DNA of 33,657 nucleotides, taken from NCBI GenBank assembly GCA_963932905.1, contig CAWVRN010000035.1, positions 1 through 33,657 on the forward strand, given 5' to 3'. Source of the DNA: an uncultured Bdellovibrio sp. GTDB lineage: Bacteria; Bdellovibrionota; Bdellovibrionia; Bdellovibrionales; Bdellovibrionaceae. Below are positions 25,395 to 33,657 of this stretch, piece after piece. The notes beneath the pieces were generated by a model. The model was not told the origin of the DNA and did not search any database. It worked only from the letters and a program-made list of their open reading frames with translations. The translations under genes and the position numbers were made by a program. Each line of letters begins with the position of its first letter. Positions within the stretch are counted from its first letter, which is position 1.

Positions 25395-28300
25395 TCCGCT
25401 TTTTAAGAGCGATCAAGAATGCCACGCTGGCATCACTTTCTGTGATGCACGGAATACTATAGTCGATGCAGGCGCGACGGATGTCAAAGCTAGCCTCGAT
25501 GGCTTTTCGTCCGGTCGTCGTGTTGATAACCAAAGAAACGTTACCTTTGCGAATATGATCAACGCAGTGAGGACGGCCCTCATGGACTTTCTTCAGTGAC
25601 GCACATTCTAAACCATTCTCATTAAAATAGGCTGCTGTTCCCGTTGTCGCTGATAACTGATAACCCATATTTTTAATTTCGCGCGCGATGGGCAATAAAA
25701 GATCTTTATCTTTTTCACGTAACGAGAAAAATACTTCGCCTTTAGATGGCAATTTTACATGACTAGAAATAAATGCCTTCATCAACGCTTCCGAGTAATC
25801 GCTTCCTCGACCCATTGATTCACCAGTGGATTTCATTTCTGGCCCCAAGATCGAATCGGATTCAGAGAATTTCTTGAATGGGAATACAACCCCTTTCACA
25901 CAGACATTTTTAATGTTGCGCCAGTTGTATTTTTCTAGATTCAATTCTTTTTTAGTTTTACCTAAAATTGCTTCCACGCCTAAATCAACTAATGGAATTC
26001 CAGTGGCTTTAGCGATGAATGGCACTGAACGCGAACTGCGCGGATTAGCCTCTAGTACATAAATCACATCGTTCTTAACTGCCATTTGCAAATTCATGAA
26101 TCCGATAATTTTGATTTCATCTGCTAAAATACGCGACAATTCTTCTATCTTCTCGCACGTTGAATCTTTTAATCGTTGAGGAGGAATTACACCCATGCTG
26201 TCGCCAGAGTGAACCCCGGCCGCTTCGATATGTTCGATGATACCACCAACAAGAATCCAATCTTTGCCGCGAACGACGTCGACATCGACTTCCAGTGCGC
26301 CTTCCAGGAATTGATCCATCAGGCAAGGTTTATCATCCGAAATGAAATCTTTGTGACGTTCAAAGTAGGATTTCAATTCTTCAGGATTTTCTAGAACTTC
26401 CATGCGGCGTCCACCCAAAACGAAACTTGGGCGACAAATCATAGGAAAGCCAATATCTTTTTGAACTTCAAGCGCTTGCGAGTAACTTCCCACCATTGCT
26501 GACTTAGGAATTTTTAATCCAATTTTTTTACAGATATCACTGAACAAACCACGGTCTTCGGCTAGATCGATAGTTTCCATCGACGATCCTAGCAAGTTAA
26601 AACCATTTCTCAAAAGTTTATTGGTTATATTGATTGGGGTTTGCCCACCCAACTGCGAAATAAATCCTTGCGCACCTGTAGCTCTTAAAACTTCGCTAAC
26701 ACATTCAGCAGTTAACGGTTCGAAAAATAACAAATCTGACGTGTCGTAGTCTGTCGAAACAGTTTCAGGATTAGAATTAATCATAATCACGGGTGTGTTA
26801 TTTCGCTGAATAGCCTTCACGCCGCGAACACAGCTGTAATCAAATTCAATACCTTGTCCAATTCGGTTTGGACCACTGCCGATGACAGCCACAGGTTTAT
26901 TGAATGTTGGTAATTCCGATTTTGTCGACCAGTAAGAAGAATATAAATACGGCGTGTTGGATTCAAACTCAGCAGCGCATGTATCTACACGGCTGTATTT
27001 AGGATGCATGTCCCATTTATTTCTAAGAGCCAAAATATCGGCCTCGTTACGGCCCACAAGTTTTGCGATACGCGCATCCGAAAACCCCATGCGTTTTGCT
27101 TCTAGCAAAATTTTATACGATTCATTTTTACGGTTTTCGTCAAACTTAAACTCTTGAGCAAACCTTTTTTCAAACATCACGATTTGTTGAACTTGCTCCA
27201 GGAACCAAGGATTAATCATCGTTAAGTCTTGAACCTCTTCGATAGTTTTACCATCGCGGAAAATTTGAAACACGGCCCAAATACGTTGTGAATTTGGATA
27301 AGACAATTGTTCTGACGTATAGGCCACATCAGGAATACCTTCCGGATGGAACTCTAACGACAGCAATGATTTCATCAACGATTCTTTAAATGTGCGTCCA
27401 ATTCCCATGACTTCGCCGACGCTTTTCATTTGGGTCGTCAGCAAATCTTTGGAGCCCGAGAATTTTTCAAATGCAAATCTTGGAATTTTTGTAACGACAT
27501 AATCAAGCGCGGGTTCATAGCTGGACGGTGTCGATCGTGTGATATCATTTTTTAATTCATCTAATGAATAGCCCAGTGCTAGTAGCGCTGCAATTTTTGC
27601 GATCGGAAAACCAGTGGCTTTACTGGCTAATGCTGACGAGCGACTGACTCGCGGATTCATTTCAATAACGACCCGCTGACCAGTCACGGGATCAACGGCA
27701 AACTGCACATTAGCGCCGCCCGTTTGAATACCAACTAGATTAATAATTTTGTAGGCTTCATCACGCATTTCTTGATATTGCTGGTCGGTCAGGGTCATTT
27801 GAGGAGCCACGGTGATACTATCACCAGTATGAACACCACATGGATCAACATTTTCAATATTGCATACCACAACGAATGTACCTTTGTGATCACGCATGAC
27901 TTCAAGTTCAAATTCTTTCCAGCCAATGATGCTTTCTTCAACTAACACTTCACTGGTAGGCGATTCATGCAGCGCCTGAATTATCATCGAGCGATATTCT
28001 TCTGGTGAATAGGCAATACCGCCACCACCGCCGCCCAATGTGTAATTTGGACGCAAGATCAGCGGGTAACCCAGTTCAGTAGCCACTTCCAATCCGTATT
28101 CGTAAGTACGAACCAAGAAACTACGGGGGTATTTTGCGCCGACTTTATCTAAAATGCCGCGAAAGATTTCACGGTCTTCGGCGGCTCTGATAACTTCGGG
28201 AGTCGCACCTAAAAGTTCAACATTGTATTTTTTCAGAATTCCTTTTTCATGCAGTTCCAGCGCCAGATTCAATGCCGTTTGGCCACCTAATGTTGGGATG

Positions 28301-28557
28301 ATCGCTTGCGGCCGTTCTTTGGCCAGAATTTTTTCCAGGAATTCTGATTTTAGCGGTTCGATGTAGGTTTTAGTTGCGATCTCGGGATCGGTCATGATTG
28401 TCGCTGGATTTGAATTCACCAGTACGACTTCGATACCTTCTTTCATGATCGCTTTACAGGCTTGGGTGCCGGAATAGTCAAATTCACAGGCTTGCCCAAT
28501 CACGATTGGACCACTGCCCAAAATTAAAACCTTCTTCAAATTGGACTTTTTCGGCAT
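25363..28557 (-). CDS. carB: Carbamoyl-phosphate synthase large subunit
   Basis: [48 protein letters not shown], duplicated ATP-grasp and C-terminal MGS domain. Confidence 0.98.
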   Translation of the reverse strand: MPKKSNLKKVLILGSGPIVIGQACEFDYSGTQACKAIMKEGIEVVLVNSNPATIMTDPEIATKTYIEPLKSEFLEKILAKERPQAIIPTLGGQTALNLALELHEKGILKKYNVELLGATPEVIRAAEDREIFRGILDKVGAKYPRSFLVRTYEYGLEVATELGYPLILRPNYTLGGGGGGIAYSPEEYRSMIIQALHESPTSEVLVEESIIGWKEFELEVMRDHKGTFVVVCNIENVDPCGVHTGDSITVAPQMTLTDQQYQEMRDEAYKIINLVGIQTGGANVQFAVDPVTGQRVVIEMNPRVSRSSALASKATGFPIAKIAALLALGYSLDELKNDITRSTPSSYEPALDYVVTKIPRFAFEKFSGSKDLLTTQMKSVGEVMGIGRTFKESLMKSLLSLEFHPEGIPDVAYTSEQLSYPNSQRIWAVFQIFRDGKTIEEVQDLTMINPWFLEQVQQIVMFEKRFAQEFKFDENRKNESYKILLEAKRMGFSDARIAKLVGRNEADILALRNKWDMHPKYSRVDTCAAEFESNTPYLYSSYWSTKSELPTFNKPVAVIGSGPNRIGQGIEFDYSCVRGVKAIQRNNTPVIMINSNPETVSTDYDTSDLLFFEPLTAECVSEVLRATGAQGFISQLGGQTPINITNKLLRNGFNLLGSSMETIDLAEDRGLFSDICKKIGLKIPKSAMVGSYSQALEVQKDIGFPMICRPSFVLGGRRMEVLENPEELKSYFERHKDFISDDKPCLMDQFLEGALEVDVDVVRGKDWILVGGIIEHIEAAGVHSGDSMGVIPPQRLKDSTCEKIEELSRILADEIKIIGFMNLQMAVKNDVIYVLEANPRSSRSVPFIAKATGIPLVDLGVEAILGKTKKELNLEKYNWRNIKNVCVKGVVFPFKKFSESDSILGPEMKSTGESMGRGSDYSEALMKAFISSHVKLPSKGEVFFSLREKDKDLLLPIAREIKNMGYQLSATTGTAAYFNENGLECASLKKVHEGRPHCVDHIRKGNVSLVINTTTGRKAIEASFDIRRACIDYSIPCITESDASVAFLIALKKRNEGSFDVTSL

Positions 28558-28572
28558 CTTAACTTCCTCGCT

Positions 28573-29214
28573 TTAAGCTAAAACCTCTTGAGAATAAATC
28601 ATCTCGGGTTTTACGTGTTTGTACTGTTCAAACTTGTAACGCATTTTCATTAAACGAAAGATAAAACTTTCAGGATCCAGATCCGTATTCTTACGGAACT
28701 TTTTAACTTCCGTTAAAATAATTTTTTTCACAGAGTATGGATGGAAACAAAATCCTTTAAGGAAACGCCACTGGCCATTCAATTGAATCAAACGTGCCTC
28801 AAATATTTCCTCTTCATTAAATCCAAACAACACATTTGAGTCTTTCACTGTGATTTTATTATTTTTGATAACGTCTTTGATATAAACGTCTTTGTCTTTG
28901 ATTTTATTGAATTCAAATAGAGAATGAACGTTTTTTTTCAACGTTGCTAAAATCAACAATTCATTTTCATCAAAGCGTAGTTCACGTACCAGCAAACAGG
29001 CCTCTAATGGTGTCTGGCCAAAGTTGGATAGTTTTCTAGAAAAGAAATACCAATCAAAAAATTGGTTCATACGAAGTTCGTAATGGTCATTTCTGTCTTG
29101 GTCCATAACCGCATGATCAAAGAATTCTTTTTTAGCTTTTTCTAATTCCTCGGTAAAATCGCGTCCGGCGAAATGATTCAGAATTTTTTCTATTAACTTT
29201 TCTACTTCATCCAT
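28573..29214 (-). CDS. Hypothetical protein between carA and carB
   Basis: 213-aa ORF with GAGGA SD; FFDWYFFSR and SLFEF motifs; function not recognised. Confidence 0.75.
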   Translation of the reverse strand: MDEVEKLIEKILNHFAGRDFTEELEKAKKEFFDHAVMDQDRNDHYELRMNQFFDWYFFSRKLSNFGQTPLEACLLVRELRFDENELLILATLKKNVHSLFEFNKIKDKDVYIKDVIKNNKITVKDSNVLFGFNEEEIFEARLIQLNGQWRFLKGFCFHPYSVKKIILTEVKKFRKNTDLDPESFIFRLMKMRYKFEQYKHVKPEMIYSQEVLA

Positions 29215-29246
29215 AATTTCCTCTAAATTTCTTCCTAAGCTCTAAC

Positions 29247-30347
29247 TTAAAACTTGTAGTTCGCTACCATCTCGTCAAAAAAGAAACCAAACAGACCTTG
29301 AGCTTCGTGTGGCCCTGGGCAAGCTTCCGGATGGTACTGAATACCCAAAATATTTTTTTCTTTCGAATAAATACCGGCAACACTTTGATCGTTCAAATTT
29401 GTATGCGTAATTTTAACATCGCTTGGCAATGTCTTGGGATCAACCGCATAACCATGATTCTGGCTAGATACATAGATACGATCAATCACTTCATCCCGAA
29501 TCGGATGATTACTGCCGCGATGACCGAATTTCAGTTTATAGGTCTTTGCACCTAAAGCCAGACATAGAATTTGGTGCCCCATGCAGATCCCGTAAATGGG
29601 ACGCTTGCCGATAAAACTGCGAGTCGTTTCAGCGGCGACTTGCACATCGGCGGGATCGCCCGGTCCATTGGTTAACAAAATCGCCTGCGGGTTGTAGGCA
29701 TTAATTTCTGCCGGTGTCGCGCGACTGTTAAATATTTTGACTTCGTTGGCATATTTCATCGCTAGGCGAACGATATTTTGTTTTGTGCCTAGATCCAAAA
29801 TAGCCACCCGAGGTCCCGACGCGTTTTCGCCTTTGATGACTTGGTTGTCTTTGGCACTAACTGCGTACACCCAGTCTTTATCAATACCGCGCTTGGCTTG
29901 AATAAGTTTGTCGGCTTTGGTTTTCGCCGTTGTCGCAGTCTCTGCAACCACGATGGCACCCCAAGGTGTTCCACCGCCGCGTAAACGCATTGTTAAATCG
30001 CGCGTGTCGATGCCCGTTAACATAGGAACGTTGTGTTTAATCAACTGATTTACCCAAGAATTTTCGCGTGCCGTTTGTTGAATTTCTAAAGCGATAAAGC
30101 CTTGAATATGAATGTCTTTGGATTCCCAGAAGTCTTTCGAAATGCCGTAGTTGCCTTGTTGAGGAGCCGTCATCACAATGATTTGAGAAAAATATGAAGG
30201 ATCGGTCGCAATTTCTTCGTAGCCCGTGTTCGACGTGTTGAACACGACTTCACCGGCCCGTTCGAAATCAGCCGTGCTAGTTGAGGTATTTAATATACAG
30301 CCCTCATAGCATTCACCGGTTTCTAAAACTAAAAATCCTTTGGTCAT
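29247..30347 (-). CDS. carA: Carbamoyl-phosphate synthase small subunit
   Basis: GEVVFNT..TGYEEIATDPSY, NGPGDP, GICMGHQ, SQNHGYAVD and QYHPEACPGP. Confidence 0.98.
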   Translation of the reverse strand: MTKGFLVLETGECYEGCILNTSTSTADFERAGEVVFNTSNTGYEEIATDPSYFSQIIVMTAPQQGNYGISKDFWESKDIHIQGFIALEIQQTARENSWVNQLIKHNVPMLTGIDTRDLTMRLRGGGTPWGAIVVAETATTAKTKADKLIQAKRGIDKDWVYAVSAKDNQVIKGENASGPRVAILDLGTKQNIVRLAMKYANEVKIFNSRATPAEINAYNPQAILLTNGPGDPADVQVAAETTRSFIGKRPIYGICMGHQILCLALGAKTYKLKFGHRGSNHPIRDEVIDRIYVSSQNHGYAVDPKTLPSDVKITHTNLNDQSVAGIYSKEKNILGIQYHPEACPGPHEAQGLFGFFFDEMVANYKF

Positions 30348-31222
30348 AGTTCACCCTTTGACACCATGTAAATCAGTGCCATGCGTATATAAACTCCGTT
30401 GTTCACTTGATCTAAAATCATGCAGCGAGGATCTTTTAAAACTTCCTCAGTCATTTCGACTCCCCAGTTTACAGGGCCCGGATGTAAAAACAAACTATCA
30501 CTTTTCAAATACTTCAAAGTTTCTGAGTTTAGTTGAAACGATTCGGTTTTGACGGCTTCGCTGCCGGCTTGATGACGTTCTTTTTGAAATCGTAAAAAGA
30601 TAACTGTCGTTGCCCAGGCCATACCTTCTTTTAGTGTCGAAAATACCGGCACTTTCGAATTCGCCGGCATGTATTCCTTGGGGCCACAGAAAGCGACTTC
30701 GTATTTCATGATATTCGCTAGTTCCAAATGCGAAGACACCACACGCGAATGCTTGATGTCGCCAACAAACAACACACGCTCTTTTTCCATATGTTTGTCT
30801 TTTGATCTTAAGGTGGCAATGTCCAGCAATGCTTGAGATGGATGACCTTGTTTGCCCCAGCCAGCGTTAATGATGGGAACATCAATTTTCTCACTCAATG
30901 ATCGTAAATCCACGTCATCCCCGCAGCGGATAACCATCATGTTAGGTTTCATCGCAGCGATATTTAACAAAGTGTCCAGGTAAGATTCATCTTTCTCTAA
31001 ACTGGTTCCAACCTTGCCGCTGAATAAAATCGACTTGGCACCCAGCCTCATCGTGGCCATTTCAAAACTCATGCGCGTGCGTGTGCTAGCTTCAAAGAAA
31101 ATATTGGCTACGATGGTTTCAGAAAGCAGAGGATTAACAGTTTTTGTTTTAAAGAAGTCGGAGTTTATAAAGGCAGACTCGACTTGCTGAAGAGTGAGGT
31201 CAGAGAGCGAAACGACAGACAT
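30344..31222 (-). CDS. pyrB: Aspartate carbamoyltransferase catalytic subunit
   Basis: FFEASTRTRMSFE, HPSQALLD, GDIKHSRV, RFQKER and HPGPVN. Confidence 0.96.
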   Translation of the reverse strand: MSVVSLSDLTLQQVESAFINSDFFKTKTVNPLLSETIVANIFFEASTRTRMSFEMATMRLGAKSILFSGKVGTSLEKDESYLDTLLNIAAMKPNMMVIRCGDDVDLRSLSEKIDVPIINAGWGKQGHPSQALLDIATLRSKDKHMEKERVLFVGDIKHSRVVSSHLELANIMKYEVAFCGPKEYMPANSKVPVFSTLKEGMAWATTVIFLRFQKERHQAGSEAVKTESFQLNSETLKYLKSDSLFLHPGPVNWGVEMTEEVLKDPRCMILDQVNNGVYIRMALIYMVSKGEL

Positions 31223-31229
31223 CTAGAAA

Positions 31230-31258
31230 AAATTAACTTGCGGAGCTATCTCTGTCAA
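31230..31258 (-). promoter_or_regulatory. sigma70-type promoter of pyrB (probably leaderless)
   Basis: TTGACA (31258-31253), 17 nt, TAATTT (31235-31230), 7 nt, then ATG; no SD. Confidence 0.6.
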
Positions 31259-31337
31259 AAGACTTTCTAGGGTTAACACACATCTGTCTAAAAAGAGTTA
31301 AAACTCGGTGTTTTTTGCTGTCATCCTATTAATTAAA

Positions 31338-32003
31338 CTAGCGAGGAACGCTAAGCAATCGATCCCATTTCATTTGGCCTTGCCCTTCGGAATCTTGCCA
31401 ATTCACGGACAATGCGACTAGGCTTACGCGCCCTTTAATTAAGCTGGCTTTAATCGGGCCCCACTGACGCGAATCTTCGGTGGAATCGCGGTTATCGCCC
31501 AAAACAAAATAATGGCCCTCGGGAACAGTCAAAGGACCGTAGTTTTTCTTGGCATAATCCTGACTACGTAGTGTTGACCACAGATGCCCTTCATAAAGTT
31601 CGGTAAAAACTTCGAAAAGCGCAGTGGCATCCGCTTGATCAGGGTGTTTTTCGGTCCGCAATTCTTGCCCGTTAATAAGCAGCAATCCATTTTTGATCTC
31701 TACAATATCTTTGGGACGACCAAGAACACGCTTAATATAATAAGTGCCGGACGCTTCATTTAATTTGAGCAGAACAACATCACCGATTAAAGGCATCGAG
31801 GCCCCGATCGGTTCTGACACCGGAGTGAATTTAAAACCATAAGCGGCCTTGTTCACCAAAACAAAATCACCGGGAACGAGCGTAGGAGACATAGATTTAG
31901 AAGGGATTCTATAAACAGAGACCAACGACCACTTTAAAAAAAGGGCAAACGCCACCGACAGACTGATTAGAGTCAAATACTGCGAGGTTGTTCTTACGCT
32001 CAT
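31338..32003 (-). CDS. lepB: Signal peptidase I (third paralog)
   Basis: IPSKSMSPTL, YYIKRVLG and GDNRDSTEDSR. Confidence 0.92.
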   Translation of the reverse strand: MSVRTTSQYLTLISLSVAFALFLKWSLVSVYRIPSKSMSPTLVPGDFVLVNKAAYGFKFTPVSEPIGASMPLIGDVVLLKLNEASGTYYIKRVLGRPKDIVEIKNGLLLINGQELRTEKHPDQADATALFEVFTELYEGHLWSTLRSQDYAKKNYGPLTVPEGHYFVLGDNRDSTEDSRQWGPIKASLIKGRVSLVALSVNWQDSEGQGQMKWDRLLSVPR

Positions 32004-32671
32004 AAAAAGTTAAAGATCCGCTTCCATCTCATCTTTAAAGGATCACAAATAAATCGCGCATCTTCAAGGGTTTCTTCGCACGCAAGCCAAATCATCCAAG
32101 CTTTGCCGACTAGGTTTTGCTCAGGAACATAACCCCAAACTCGAGAATCGCTAGAGTTGTCGCGGTTGTCACCCATCATAAAATATTTCGCTTCGGGAAC
32201 CTCAAAATTCATCTCAGCGCCATCGGTTTGCTGTTGTGAATGAATAATCACAGGATGCCCGGGATGATCAGGACGCGATTCAGTGAAACCGTATTCTGTG
32301 TCAGGCAAGGGTTCATATTTTAACAACTGCCCATTGCGAGTGATGTAACCATTGTTCACCGTAATTTTATCCCCGGGCAAACCAATCAAACGTTTCACGA
32401 AATAAACATTAGGATTTTCGGGATATTTAAAAACGATGATATCATCGTGCTGAGGTTTTCCCCACCGCACCAGCCACGTATCAGTGAATGGAATTTTCAA
32501 ACCAAACGAAAATTTTTTTACAAGGATGTGATCATGAACAAGAAGATTAGGAACCATACTTTCTGAAGGAATGACGAACGGTTCGACAACGGCCCAACGT
32601 AAACCTAAAATTAAAACAAGCGGACTGAAAAACGTAACCAGTGCTTGTTTCCAGGTTCCTTTTTTCGACAT
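32000..32671 (-). CDS. lepB: Signal peptidase I (second paralog)
   Basis: IPSESMVPNL, YFVKRLIG and GDNRDNSSDSR. Confidence 0.93.
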   Translation of the reverse strand: MSKKGTWKQALVTFFSPLVLILGLRWAVVEPFVIPSESMVPNLLVHDHILVKKFSFGLKIPFTDTWLVRWGKPQHDDIIVFKYPENPNVYFVKRLIGLPGDKITVNNGYITRNGQLLKYEPLPDTEYGFTESRPDHPGHPVIIHSQQQTDGAEMNFEVPEAKYFMMGDNRDNSSDSRVWGYVPEQNLVGKAWMIWLACEETLEDARFICDPLKMRWKRIFNFL

Positions 32672-32675
32672 AGAA

Positions 32676-33464
32676 TTAGTTCACTTGGTGGTAGAAACGT
32701 TTCCAGCGAATCGTAGTTGGGTCACATAGGAAAGGAAGACGTGGTAGAGTTTCCCCGCAGCTTAACCATACAAACATAGCACGCCCAAGAATATTTTCTT
32801 TCGGTAAGAAACCCCAGTACCGTGAATCACGAGAATTATCTCGGTTATCACCCATCACAAAAAGATTTTCTTTGGGGACTGTAATCGGACCAAATTTTGA
32901 ATCATCAATACGATTTTTGCGCATGATAATCGTATGTTTTTTATCAAACAAAGACTCCGTAAAATGAGCAAACTGATCGGGACCACCCTGCCCTACGTGA
33001 CCTTCTTGAAAATCACGATCGGTTAACCAGTTCCAGTCTTCTTCAGAAATAGGGACATTTTTTTCGATCACTTTGTCGTTCACATAGAGAACGCCATTGT
33101 CATATTCGATTTTATCGCCAGGTAGACCGATCACACGTTTGATGTAAAAGGTGCTCATGTCTTCGGGGTATTTAAAAACGATAACGTCGCCAGTAGCGAT
33201 GGGATTAAATTCAACCAGCCATTTTTCGCTGAAAGGAACACGCAATCCGTAAACGAATTTGTTTACAAAGATATGGTCGTGAATCAAAAGCGAAGGCAAC
33301 ATACTACCAGACGGAATGACATAGGCTTCAAAAAACGCCCAACGAATAAACAAGGCAATCATCACAGCTGTAATGATAGATCCCCAACCTTCCGTCCAAA
33401 ATGTTTTCGCAAACACATTATAAGGCGAAGCCTCTTCCGTCTTTTTCTGCTTAGATTCACTCAT
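32676..33464 (-). CDS. lepB: Signal peptidase I (first paralog)
   Basis: IPSGSMLPSL, FYIKRVIG and GDNRDNSRDSR. The likely start is ATG 33464 (MSESK); the ORF track starts at 33497. Confidence 0.93.
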   Translation of the reverse strand: MSESKQKKTEEASPYNVFAKTFWTEGWGSIITAVMIALFIRWAFFEAYVIPSGSMLPSLLIHDHIFVNKFVYGLRVPFSEKWLVEFNPIATGDVIVFKYPEDMSTFYIKRVIGLPGDKIEYDNGVLYVNDKVIEKNVPISEEDWNWLTDRDFQEGHVGQGGPDQFAHFTESLFDKKHTIIMRKNRIDDSKFGPITVPKENLFVMGDNRDNSRDSRYWGFLPKENILGRAMFVWLSCGETLPRLPFLCDPTTIRWKRFYHQVN

Positions 33465-33602
33465 TAGCAAAGTCCCCACATAGTAGTTAAACTTCACTAT
33501 TGTAGGAACAATACGAAGGCTTTGTCCCCGGATAACGCAGAGTCAAAACTAAGAAATCTATCGGAAAATAGGTATTTGCCATAAATTAAGGCTTATAATG
33601 TG

Positions 33603-33657
33603 AGAACTGGCTCCTTAGCTTGCGGCTAAGAAGCCAAATTCTATTGGAAAGACAGTT
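33603..33657. repeat. Second copy of the left end of the 73-331 element, cut by the window edge
   Basis: 53/55 identical to 72-126, including about 27 nt beyond the 27-bp arm. Confidence 0.92.

Noticed and set aside
1334..33467. Remaining short ORFs in the track nested in or antisense to long genes
   Set aside because: They are shadow frames of well-supported CDSs with no independent evidence.
72..33657. The whole window as a circular element or prophage bounded by 55-bp direct repeats
   Set aside because: The interval carries core genes (carAB, pyrB, lepB, pilMNOPQ) and no phage, integrase or replication genes. The copies differ at two positions and belong to a dispersed repeat family. The end copy is more simply a window or contig break inside a repeat.

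Overview
AT-rich bacterial DNA, most consistent with a Bdellovibrionota predator. The basis is an FQNC-type lipoprotein signal and the gene order lepB x3 - pyrB - carA - hyp - carB - ABC(pilH/pilI-like) - pilD - pilMNOPQ; this is inference, not a search result. The right ~20 kb is mostly core: three tandem signal peptidases, pyrimidine genes, the type IVa pilus machine and a fatty-acid cis/trans isomerase. The left ~13 kb is accessory. It holds a catalytically dead TadA/CpaF-like ATPase, an apparently exported 1200-aa protein with two ClpB-D2-type AAA+ modules fused to an FtsH-type M41 Zn protease, and a hybrid histidine kinase. It also holds an exported fusion of a dead peptide-deformylase fold with an amidoligase-like domain, two beta-barrel-like proteins, a YihY protein and a truncated DUF748-like gene. 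Three patterns stand out. (1) A family of ~28-bp GAAC-capped palindromic REP-like arms occurs four times: two form an inverted doublet at 73-331, one sits exactly where the DUF748-like gene is cut, and one is at the window end. (2) The two exported 'cytoplasmic-type' enzyme fusions share a terminal C-x-x-F-Y motif and sigma-54-like promoters, which may indicate a prey-directed effector class. (3) Eight genes have -10 boxes 5-10 nt before an SD-less ATG, a leaderless architecture.
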